From the NCBI RefSeq assembly GCF_009914755.1, contig NC_060931.1: a DNA stretch of 64,000 nucleotides, one strand, 5' to 3'. This DNA comes from the human T2T-CHM13v2.0 reference genome, Homo sapiens. The notes beneath the pieces were generated by a model, which was not told the origin of the DNA, made no database searches, and worked only from the letters and a program-made list of their open reading frames with translations. Position numbers and translations under genes: made by a program. Positions 51,201 to 64,000 of this stretch are shown here, piece by piece; position 1 is the stretch's first letter, and every line of letters starts with the position of its first letter.

Positions 51201-52532
51201 AACTGAATATGGCATGTGTGAAAATATCAGCTACCAGACTCTGTTAGTCCAGGCGTATGAATATTCCAGATCACAAGGGAGGTGTGACTCCCCTGTGAAT
51301 TGCAATGCGGAAGGTTTATAAAGTTAATCATTTAGAAATCTGTCTTTAAAATTTAAATATTTAGATTGGGTCGCTAGGACACAAAAGGCAATTCCTGTTT
51401 CTCACTCACTTAATTTGATTTTTTTTTCTTTTGGTCGCACAAGTTGTTTTTCAAAGCCTCATTCCTCGAATGTTCCCTATAGGAGGAATGTAATTAAACT
51501 CCACTGGCCTCCCCCTGCTGGGACCAAACAGGGGCCAGAGCTGTAGGGAGCATAAAACAGATATCCTGCAAAAGAATCCTTATTATAAAGATGAGAAGAG
51601 AATCAACTTCCCTCTGGTTATGAACAAGAAGCTTTAGAAAGCCACCCAGGCTATTTTTGCAATGGGCTTAGTCTCCAAGACATTTTAATTAGTAATTTAA
51701 GACTGGAAGGAAGGGGATAAACTCCTCACCTCCCTGGCTATAGGCAAGAACTTCAACTGGATGAGTAACTGGTTCAAGTGGCTGAAAAGGAGGGAGGTCC
51801 AGAGGGAGGGTGGTTCCTTAAAATGAACCAACTTTTTCATGAAAATGGCATAGCTAGATATCCCGGCCCCCAGTCAGTCACTGTTTTTGCAGTCCCACTT
51901 CTTAAGGCAGTTCTCACCCCTCACCAGAGGCAGGCACTGCCTCTCTCTGGGACACTCGGCTGGCACCAGAGCAAAGAAGCTTGTGCTGAGGGATGGTTCC
52001 CCTCACACCGGGCCAACCTGGACTTCTCTCTGACCAAAGAGCATATGCCTCCCACCAAGCGAGAAGGTGGAAAGATCCTGGCAGGGAACCCCGAGACCTG
52101 GGTGCTAGCATCATCCCCGCCATGAGAGCACACGGGGCCCCTGAGCTGACACCTGCTGGCAATGTGACGTGGATCACTCACATAATCCCTTCCTTAGTTT
52201 TTCTGTCTGTAAAATGGGGATAGTAACATTGTGTAGCTCATAAGGTTGTCACCAAGATTAAACGAGTTAAGAATACACGTGCAATGTTTGAACAGCGCCA
52301 GCATTACGTACATATAGCTACTCTCATTCGCCTTTCTGTGACTCAGTTTCCTTATCTGTAAAAGAAAAAGGTTGGACTAGACCTCTTCTCCACTGTTATT
52401 GATGATGATGATGATAAATGAATGTTTCTGTGCCAGATCCTAAACTAAACAAAAGTTAACTTGATACTCACAATGGCTGTATGAAGCGGGAGTTATCACC
52501 ATCCCCATTTCATCAGTGGGGAAAGAAAGGCT

Positions 52533-52920
52533 GGATTAGTCAGGGATCTCCAGAGGAACCGAACTAATAGGACAGAGACAGAAAGACATTCATTTTCAGG
52601 AATTGGCTCATGTAATTTATGGAGTTTGGCAAGTGTGAAGTCTGCAGGGCAGGCTGGCAGTTTGGACAACCAGGCAGGAGTCAATGCAACAGTCTAGACA
52701 CAGAATTCTTTCTTCGCCAGAAAACCTCAGTTTTTGCTCTTACGGCCTTCAACCGATTGGATGAGGCACGCCCATATTATTGAGGATAATCTCCTCAAAG
52801 TCAGCTGATTTTAAGTGTTAACCATATCTACCGAAGACCTTCCCAGCAACCCTGGGATTCATGTTTGATTAAATAACTGCACACTATAGCCTAGCAAAGT
52901 TGACACAAAAGACTAACCAA
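52533..52920 (-). mobile_element. MLT2 (ERVL) LTR inserted in a MIR
   Basis: attagtcagggatctccagaggaaccgaactaatagga ... ggccttcaaccgattggatgagg ... aagttgacacaaaa. Confidence 0.8.
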
Positions 52921-54771
52921 GCTAAATAACTTGAGAACATAAGATAATACCCTAGGACAGGGCCTAGGTCGGATTGGCACTCACGTTTCCCGACTCCTTA
53001 GTCTGTATTCTTTTCAACCTTGTCTCTAATATTCCATGATTCCATGGTTCTGATGCCATTCCTCAGCGCTCTGCTGTTCTTGCCTGACCAAGTGGATCAA
53101 TGGTGGCTCTGGCATTTCTATAAAGGGGATTTCAGGGCTGCCTGCTGGGGAGGGAGGCTTGAAGCTGTGTCTGCACTGCATCTTCACAGCACTGAGAAAA
53201 TGCCAGTCATTCAGGAGGACAGGGCAGCCCTGTCCTCGCCACAGTGCCCGCATCTTCATTGGTTCACCTTTGCAGGTATCATCTGTGACCTGTCATCCAG
53301 GCTCTGAGCCCTGAGGATAATAAGTTTCCCTCGAAGGTCCTGGGTTTGTTGGAGCTTTTTCTCCCTCTTGCCATGTCCTTTTCACGGTCCATCCTCTGAG
53401 TTTGTGAATTATCTTTCTTCGTGGCCCATGTGGCACAAGATGAAGAGTGCATGGGCAGCTTCTCCCCTGACATCCCTACCTCCCTGACGCTTAACCCACA
53501 TAGGGAAGAACATTCCTGAAACAGAGACGTCACCCAGGGTTGCTTTCTGCCACAGCAGGCACTCTGCTTCGTGCCTTTCTCACTTCCATTTGTAAATGAT
53601 CTTGTCTCCTTCCTTGTAGAAAGCTTTTCAGCCATTCCAGGCTTTCTCTTTGGGTTCCATCCCTCTGGGATTTTCCACGAATTGCATTTCCTTGTAGTTC
53701 ATTTTCATCATTTTCCTTGTTAGGGAAATGCACCTGAGACATTGGCATGCAGCCTGATTGCCCCCGGCCTCCCCTCTGCTCATTGCCAGAGCTACCTCTG
53801 CACAGAGGAGTCACTCTCCTCCCACTCCAGGGCCTCTGTCAGGGGCCAGGCTTGATGCTGTCACCAGCCAGCTCTTCACTGCTGCCCAGTGCCATATTCA
53901 TATCCATTGAGACAAGTCCCTGGGAAATGGTTGGGAGCCGGGGGACAGCCCTGCATCCTGAGATCCTAAGATCAGGGAGGTTCTCCCTGCACTCCCAGCT
54001 GGAAGGAGACTGGATCGGCCACCCTCACCAAATTCCCAGATTCTCTGACTGAAGCAAGCCAGTCCTTGGTTTGAATGGGGAATCAACTCAGGGTTATAAA
54101 ATAGACGCCAGCCTTCTTGTAGGTAGAATCTGACTTCAGACAGCAAAAGACTCTAAAACAGCTTAAATTCCTGTATATGCCTTCTCCTGTGCATGCCACC
54201 GGTCAGACCAAAGGCCACACGCCAATCAAGGCCCAAGATCAGCCAGGGGTGTTTCCATGTCCTCAAGAACTTTTACAAACTGTAGCTGATTGGGTTCCGC
54301 CCCTGGAGATTCGATTTAGTGGGTCTGGAGTGAGGCCTGGGCTTCTTAGAAGCCCCAGCGGATTCTAAAATGCAGCCAGGAGGAAGAACGTTGCCAGAAT
54401 CCCATGAGGCACAGATGCAAATGTGCATAGTGACATTGGGTTGCATTATCAATGGCAGGACTGACTTTATAAACCTCCACATCCTTACTGGAGCTGCTGT
54501 TTGCTTTTTAGAAAAGTCCCTCATCAGATTATCAGGAAGTCGTGGGTTTTCCGTGATCATGCTGTGGTCAGATCCAGCCCAACCAGAGAGCCAAAAACAA
54601 AACAAACATACAAAACAAACAAACAAACAAACAAAACCCAAATCCCTGGCAAGCCCCACGAAATGACTGCTCTGATAACATTCAGCAGACAAGCCTGTTT
54701 GAAATCATCTCAGAATCATACCAGACCCAAACCCAAGAGGTCATCTGGTCTATGCATCGACTCTAGGAGGG

Positions 54772-55140
54772 TGTATTAGTCCGTTTTCACGCTGCTGATA
54801 AAGACACACCCGAGACTGGGCAATTTACAAAAGAAAGAGGTTTCATGGACTTACAGTTCCACATGGCTGGGGAGGCCTGACAATCATGGTGGAAGGCAAA
54901 GAGGAGCAAGTCACATCTTACGTGGATGGCGGCAGGCAAAGAGACAGCTTTTGCAGGGAAACTTCCTTTTTTAAAACCATCAGATCTCGTGAGACTTACT
55001 CACTATCACGAGAACAGCACGGGAAAGACTCGCCCCCATGATTCAATTACCGCCCACCAGTTTCCTCCCACAACACAAGGGAATTGTGGGAGTTAAAATT
55101 CAAGACGAGGTTTGGGTGAGGACACAGCCAAACCATATCA
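54772..55140 (-). mobile_element. THE1 (B-like) solo LTR
   Basis: tgtattagtccgttttcacgctgctg ... cagccaaaccatatca; TSD GAGGG. Confidence 0.92.
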
Positions 55141-55841
55141 GAGGGTGAGGGGCTATTTCTCCATGTTACAGACAAGGCACGTGAAGCCTAGGGACGTTCC
55201 ATCACAGGCCCACACCTTGTCTCAGAATTAAGAGGAAATGCTTCTGGCTGCCAGGGGTGGGGTGGGGTAGGATGCAGAGCCTCTCCCTCCACCACCATCT
55301 CCATCCTTTTCCCTTTCTCTGAAAATCTCATTTGATGATTCCCCAGCCTGGCTGCAAATTAAAGATTTGTAGACCTGAAAGATGCTACCGATGGTTATCA
55401 GCACCACCACCACCATCGTAACAGTAAACATTTATGGAGCGCCATAATTATTCATAATAATTTTTATGTGTTAAACAAATCTGACCTAGCTCTATAAAGA
55501 AATAGGCCCTGTTAACCAAAAATATTGGATAAATTAAAAGTCTCCTAGAAGCATCTGATGAAAGGATCTCAAGTTCCATAACACACGGACCATTCAGTGG
55601 TGTTGTTTCTGGGCTTGATTCACTGTGGGTCACTTGAACGATGTCGGGGGTATTGTCCACCTCCCAGTGCTCAGTCTGTGGCTTGTGGCCAGCTGTTCCT
55701 CTGTGGGGTCTATGTTGGCTGTGTTAAGGCCTGCTGCAGAAACATCTCATTTCTAGCATGTTTTTCTCAAGCAGTGATCCTGTGGGGTCAAGTCTTCAAT
55801 ATCAAATAATATTGATAATAATTATGATAGAAATAATAAGA

Positions 55842-56169
<328 letters not shown>

Positions 56170-56260
56170 TTATCAGTCATTGAACACGCGCTCTGTTCTT
56201 GGTGCTCTTGGTGTTATTCCAGGCAATTCTAACACCAATTAGATATTTTCCCCTATTTTA

Positions 56261-56588
<328 letters not shown>

Positions 56589-57032
56589 CTAAAGTGAAAT
56601 TGAAATTCAGAGAGTAAGTGACTTCAAGGTAGAGGCAGAAACAGAGGCTGGATTTGAATTCGATCCTCTGGCTCCAGAGCTCCTGGGAGTTATCTTGGGA
56701 ATGACTGCAAGGTCTGAGGTAGATCGTTCCAGGAGCAGGTGCTTATATACAGTGGAATGGCACCCACTGGCACACCGCTAGGAATTCTGTTTTCTTACCA
56801 CCACCGGAGCCAGGTCTCTGTCACGGTGATGAGAAGTTCCCAAAGTCATTTCTCCTCTCTAGGGTGTCCCCTCTCTGTCTGCTGCCACTAAATCCCTAAC
56901 GACATTAGAGCGAATAAATGGCATTTTTAACTTCAGCTTTAAGCAACAAAGAAATACTATTAAGTCAAGATGTGTCCATCTTTACCATAAAAAAAAACAA
57001 AAAACTTGCTTCAATAACCAATAAACAGATCA

Positions 57033-57388
<356 letters not shown>

Positions 57389-58658
57389 GCAAAAGAAAGA
57401 AAAAACCCTCAGCTAAGAAGTATACTGTTGTGTTTTTTGGGGTTTTTTTTATGTAACATTTGACAAGTTTACATTTTCCTTGTCTGCCTTGGGTGCCTTA
57501 AAATAAAACTCTGTCAATATTTCCATGTAACATTGGGTTTTGCTTTTTTTTTTCCTCACGTAAAATCCACATATCAGGAATTCCTCTATTTATTCCGTCG
57601 CCTGGGTTTCTTTCCTTGGGAATAATTTATATGTCAAACCTGTCATTTATCGATTTATTGCTGTACCTAGCAGCATTTTTCTCCCTGCCCTCAAAATTTA
57701 GCTTAAAGACCACTTAATAAGGCCTGTGCGGGTCCTCAGACTCCAGAGATTTCTGCTGATATGAGCCATAATTTAGCAAAACAAATCCTGCTCATTGCGG
57801 GCATCTAAATGGTATCCTGTTAAATTTCCATACATGCTTTTCTTTTCTAAAGTTATGGCCTACAACTAGAAGAAGGGATGAAACATCACCCCTACCTCCA
57901 CATCTTATTTCCTGTATCAAATTTCGAAGCCCTTGGAGATGCAAGGCGGGTTTCCCTAATGAGTTGAGAATCAATGCGAATCATCTGAAATGAGAGGTGG
58001 CCCGTGGGTGTAATCCATCCCTGCTGGTGCTCCAACTTGGTTACACATTTCCAGAAACCAGCACCTCCCTGTTGTCCATGTCTGGTCATCAGAGGCCTCT
58101 CTCCTCAGGTGGGATAACCAGAGACCAAGAAAGAAACATGTTTCTCTCCCTTGGAATTTCTCTTCCTTAGTCATTTTCAGAAAGTTAGGAGTCGGCAACC
58201 TTAAGGAGGAGTTTCCTATCATCTCTCCTCCACTTCCTCCCCTCATTTCCTCCCCGTCTTCTCCTTGGAGTCCTTCATCAATGTCTCTATTTTCTGTTCA
58301 GGATAAACAAAGAGTCCCTCTTACCTGCACAGGCCTCACCTGCCTTCCCCCCCTGTCATTTCTGCAGCCAGCCTGTCTCCTGAGCCTGGCCTGGCATTCT
58401 CCAAAGACTCCTTAAGGCCACTTGGCTTCCGGTCTGCCTCTAGGCTTCACTGTCTGCACCAGAGTGGAAATTGTCATGTGCCCTCAGCAACATTTTACCC
58501 CTCCCTTCCAGAACAGACACAGGCATTTCTTCCACAAGCAGTATTCCACAGATGAAAAAAAAAAATTATAAAAGCGAAACCAAAAATACTGGTAGTATAT
58601 TTTTTTCCCTTCAAAAGAATGATAATCATCAGTAAAAACCACAACAACAAAAAACTAA

Positions 58659-59044
<386 letters not shown>

Positions 59045-59688
59045 TAAACTAGCTGACCGGTGGACATTAGCTGTGCTGTGGAAAAGTGAAGCAGAATGGC
59101 TTTTTATCCCTTGTGTATGATCATCAAGACACAGGACAGCACAGAGATTCAAAATACAATGCATTCCCCTTGCTCGTCTGGTCAGGCTCACCTTCCTATT
59201 GCACAGGGTTGATTGGTTGGAGGCCGCCAACCTCTAGCTGAAAGGCAGAGACAGTCTCCCCTGTTATTTCGGTACCAAGCTGTGTTTCTTAGGCATTAAA
59301 ATGGAGGGAAAGCAACCACTGGCCCCTCACTGGGATTGTTCTTGAGGATTCCAGACAGACCATAAGTAATTCATTGAGTCGCTCACAAAGGGCCTGGCCC
59401 TGAAGGTTTGTGGCTGCAGCATCCAGGCGAGCCAAAGGTGTCAGTGCCACCAAAATGCAGAGAAAACTCTTATCAGAAAGATGTCATTTTTTTCCCCTAA
59501 ATGTCATATATACAATTTTTATTGGAGTGTGATGACAGATAGTGAATAAATTAACATAAATTTGCATAATACAATACAGCTGTTAATTTATGATCATATT
59601 AAAACACAAAGTTTTGTCGTTTGAAGCAGTTAAAAGTCTTAATCTTCTGAAAATTTCCCTCTTGTTTGTTATTTGTTTATGAGTTACT

Positions 59689-59881
59689 TAGGGTTATTAG
59701 ATAAAATACAGGCTTCTGGTTAAATTTGAATCTCAGATAAACTGTAAATAATTTTTTAGTGTATCTCATGCAATATTTGGGACATACTTATACTAAAAAG
59801 TTAATCTTATTGTATATCTGAAATTCACATTTAACTGAATGGTTATATTAATATTTTTATTTGATAAATCAGGCAACTCTG
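59689..59881. mobile_element. MER53 palindromic MITE
   Basis: tagggtt..agataaaatacagg...gttaaatttgaatctcagataaac / tatctgaaattcacatttaact...ggcaactct inverted arms. Confidence 0.8.
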
Positions 59882-60122
59882 TATTTCATAAGCAGTTTAA
59901 CCTCTCTCTACTGGCTCTTCTCTGGCAGGGCAGAGGGGTGCTGTTTTATGGAGAAAGGCACTTACTGCTGGGACCTTGATATCTTTAGACTGTGGGGGAG
60001 GCTGGCTCTCCTAGGAACACTAACAGAGTCAAAGAGATCAGACAAGAGAGGTGCCAGTGCAAAGGGGGAAACTGAGGCAGGCAGCATGCCTGGGCTTTCT
60101 TGACAGTACCAGGGGTATTATA

Positions 60123-60377
60123 GCCCTGTTTTCCAGATTTTTTGGACTACAATCTCATCATAAGAAATATAATTTATAATTCAACCCAGAACACACATCC
60201 CTTATAAATGGAACAAAAAGTTTTAGGAAACATGTCACCTTCTATGTACAATCTGCTCGACATCCTGTTCTAGTTGATTTCATTTCTTTAAATGCCACTC
60301 TTAACCCCCTAAATTGAATTCATGGATTGAATTCATGGTCCCCTAAAGGATCACAGCCCACATGTTGAAAAACACTG
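60123..60377 (-). mobile_element. MER103C-like hAT element
   Basis: Ends gttgaaaaacactg; related to the copy at 8188-8498. Confidence 0.6.
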
Positions 60378-62204
60378 GGTTAGAGGGTCACAGTTCAGGA
60401 AAATGAACGAGGAGGTTTTTTAAAATCTACTTTACAAACGAGGAAATGTATCGGGTCCCTTAAGAGCCTTTCCAGGAAAATTTTTGCTCATTTGCGGCCA
60501 AACTCGAAATAAAACTTAGGTCCCCCAACTCCCAACCCTGCGTTTTCTGGTTTCCTTCCACCACTCTTTCTAGTATCCATTTTCCTGGTCTCCAAGTTGT
60601 AATACACATTCTGGGATCCACATTTACTTGTTTTATTTTACATAATTATATTACTTGTATACTATTTCCTTATACTTCATATTCTTCTCAAATTTCCATG
60701 TTTTATATCATTTCTGATGCAAACTGATTACATCATTGCTTATGGCACATTCTTGACTGATATCAACATTTTAAACCAAATTGTCTTGGTACGCACCCTC
60801 TGATCTTTGGCATCTTACTGCCCTGCCCCATCTTCAACCTCGGCTCACTATTTTGGTGCCTCAGGAGGTCTCAACCATGAACCTTCCATGTGCTCTCACT
60901 GGGATTGGTGCCATCTGTGACATAAGAAAAACATAGAAACATAAAAACATAAGAAAAACTATTATTTGTTGTGATTTGTTCTCCCTAATCTATGAAGTCG
61001 GTAGGGTATCTGTTATAAAGATTCCCTTCTAGAGTCGAGAAAACAGAGGCTCAGAGAGGTTAAGTGTTTTTCTCAGGGTCACACAGCAAATACAGAACTC
61101 CAGTCTTCTTGCTGTGTCTCTTACCCTCTGTCATCAGGATGCAGGGGCTGCTGAGCTGAGATGCCTGCAGATGAGTAAACTGGCGGGAAGAAAGACACCA
61201 ACCCAATAGATCTCCATGTATTTTATATATTTTCTCACCTACTCAGTCTAGATTTTCAAACAACATACAGAACTTTCTGGGATCTTGTCATCATTCAGTG
61301 TACTGTCCTCTGGATCCTCTCCAGGAGCCGCCCACTCCGCACACATTTTTTTTTCTAGTTGTCATAAACAAATTTCAAAGAAAGCCATTTTCCCAGAGCC
61401 CTTTCTTGTGACTCTACCACAGTTCATCCTGGTTTGCAGAATCCAAACTCAGGGCTTCCTTCCAATATTTTTATTAGTTCAGTAGTCGATCAGTTTGCAC
61501 AGAGAAGTGGATTGGAGCTCCCCTTCCCTTGGAGCTGCCAGTGGAGAAAGTCTCCTCCAACCCTCAGGCTCAGCACCACTCAGGGCCAGTGAGATGCACA
61601 AACAGCATCTTGCAGGTACCACAATGCCTTCATCACTTGTATCTTCCCCGACCCTGTGATGAAGTAGGATGAAGATGGCTGAGGGTATGGACGTTGGGCC
61701 CACCTCCCTGGCTTAAAGCTGCTGGACCCCTTACCCGGCCATGTGGCCCTGGGGCATGACACAGTTCCCCCTAAGCCTCGCTTCTTCACTGTTTAAAGGG
61801 GATAATAATAGCATCTGCTCTGTTAGACTGAGGGCTGGTTAAGTGGAATAACATACTTAGCACATAGCCTGGTACCCACTTATTTTTTTTATTTTGCTAC
61901 TTTGTTTCAAATCTTCAAATCTTCCTATTATTCCTTTTTTACAGAGCCATGTCAGAAACCTTAGATTCACGTCCCTTCCATGTGTCCCTTCCACATGTCC
62001 CTCCTTGACCTGCCACAATGCCTCTGCTCCACCCAGAGCCTCAGCACCTGCGTTCTGCCCCCTCAGTAACCAGGGTCCCTCACCTGCCACTCCTGGGTTG
62101 CTCTCTCCTTTTGAACTAGAAATTTTTCTACCCTCCTGCCCCTCCAGCCAAAATTACCTTTTTGATGTCCCATTTCCCCAGGACACTATTTTGTCCTAGG
62201 GATC

Positions 62205-62221
62205 AAAAATAAAAAAATAAG

Positions 62222-62252
<31 letters not shown>

Positions 62253-62578
62253 AAGAAAGAAAGGGAAGGGGGAAAGAAAGAAGAAAAGAAGAAGAAAGAA
62301 AGAAGAAAGAAAAAGAAAGAGGAAGGAAGGAAAAGAAAGAAAGAAAGAAGAAAAAGAAAAGAAAGAAAGAAAGCAGGAAAGAAAAGAAAAGAAAGAAAGA
62401 AAGGGAAGGGGGAAAGAAAGAAAAGAAGAAGAAAGAAAGAGGAAGGAAGGAAGGAAAAGAAAGAAAGAAGAAAGAGAAAGAAAGAAAAGAAAGAAAGCAG
62501 CAAAGAAAGAAAGGAAAGAAAGAAAGAAGGAAAGAAAGAAAGAAAAGAAAAGAAAGAAAGAAAGAAAGAAAGAAAAGA
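62205..62578. repeat. ~370-bp polypurine compound microsatellite (GA/GAAA/GAA/GGAA)
   Basis: Direct reading. Confidence 0.95.
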
Positions 62579-64000
62579 TCAAATTACCAGGATCTGAGGA
62601 CCTGGGAGGATTTCAGAAATCGCTGGTCAGTCCCAGCAACTAAGGCTCAAATGCCCTCCCCAGGATTCTGCTGGAGATCATTCTGCCAGTCGCTCCAGGA
62701 GCGAGGGGCTCACCTCTTCCTAAGGCAGGACTTTCCACGAGGCTAGACCAGACCAGTGTCCTCCAATTAATTCATTTCCCTGTGTCTTCCATCCATGGTT
62801 TCAAACTCTGGGACCCCAAAGCACAGTGGCCCTTTACAAAGTTGAAGGCTATGTCCCTCTGGCTTCTGCAGATTTTCCTGATGTGGCAGGGTTTCAGGTC
62901 CCCTGCCCATCCACCCCCCACCCCTCTAGCCTGACTGTCTGTGTCCCTCTAGAGGGTGACATGCCTTGAATGGCAGCGAACCCTGGTGTGGGCTGATGGT
63001 GTGGAGTACAGAGCGGTAGCCGCTGCCCTGTTATCAGCTGCTTCCAAAGGCCAGGGTGGTCGTTAGTGCATCATTAATAACCCATTATCGGGTTGTCATC
63101 TCTGAATTTATCTAAATTTATCTCAATTATTGTAACCCTGTAGACTGATAAGCCCTATAAGTATAAAATACACTGGATGAAAAAGCTACTTCCTATTATT
63201 TGTTCTAAAAAATTAACTCCTTCAAGTAATCTAGAGTTTGGTGACCAATTTCTTATTTTACCCTCCTCACATCTTCAAAACTCAGCACTGGTGATTTCAC
63301 GTCTGTTGATGGGATTCATCTGTCCCCCTCCACTAGACTGGAAGCTCCCCATAGGGTGAGACCCACTATAGCATCCCCCAATGTCCAGCACGGAACTGGA
63401 GCATCACAGGTGCCCTGAGGAATGAATGGGTGGACGGCGCTTACAGACTCGGGTGCCACTTCCTCTTGTCCAGCTCCATGCCCTCCCCCATAGTGTGTGG
63501 ACCATTGGGGGCCTAGAACTGAGGTCCTGGTTGGTAGCACCCAGGAGCCTGTTCCCAACATGGCCCCATGGCAGGGCCTGGTCTCCAGGTGTGGCATGAG
63601 GTGCTACATGAGCATTCTGTGAGCATCTTCAGGGAGAAAACAAAGTGTTGGCCAGGCCCACCGGAACAGCGGCCCACCTAAACAGGCTGGCGGGCGGAGG
63701 AGTGCCACAGAATGGACATGGGGAGGCCTTACAAGGTCTGTAGTAGCAGAGGTAGTGAATGTTTGTTGAGTTCTCTCTATGCGCTAGTGTTATTCTAAGT
63801 GAGGTCCATGGGCCACGCTTTTTGCTGACTACAACTCTGTGGAGTAGGACTAGGATTATCCCCATTTTCCTGGGTGAGAAGCTGAGGCTGCCAGAGTTAA
63901 GTTGACTAGGGCCACACAGCTGAGAAGTGGTGAAGCATAAATTGAAACTTGGGCAGTCTGACTCCCATATACTTTAAAAGAAAATATTTCCATAGATTAT

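Noticed and set aside
62186-62582. F/L/S-rich membrane-like ORFs (also 29449-29742, and the K/E/R-rich 29394-29687)
   Set aside because: Translations of purine microsatellites

Overview
Primate, most likely human, genomic DNA from the middle of TBXAS1 (thromboxane A synthase 1, CYP5A1) on the + strand. Five coding exons with canonical AG/GT boundaries splice into one continuous reading frame: 13401-13517, 30992-31080, 33083-33231, 35258-35388 and 39541-39855. From memory of the 13-exon model these are exons 5-9. A 138-nt in-frame cassette exon at 30175-30312 is missed by the ORF track. Neither end of the gene is in the window. The rest is intron rich in transposable elements: about 20 Alus, nested L1s, L2/MIR/CR1, an AP-1-bearing LTR10 solo LTR, THE1/MLT LTRs and MER DNA transposons, plus microsatellites. 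Almost all ORFs in the supplied track are repeat-derived or chance. I see no evidence of a new multi-gene system. The best leads are a very homogeneous 24-bp CpG-rich VNTR (30.5 copies, 5 of 6 frames open), the cassette exon, a duplicated exon-9 acceptor that defines a possible 21-nt micro-exon, the LTR10, two template-switch palindromes in one L1, and candidate enhancer motif clusters. Repeat family and subfamily names come from recognising consensus sequences by eye and need RepeatMasker/Dfam confirmation.
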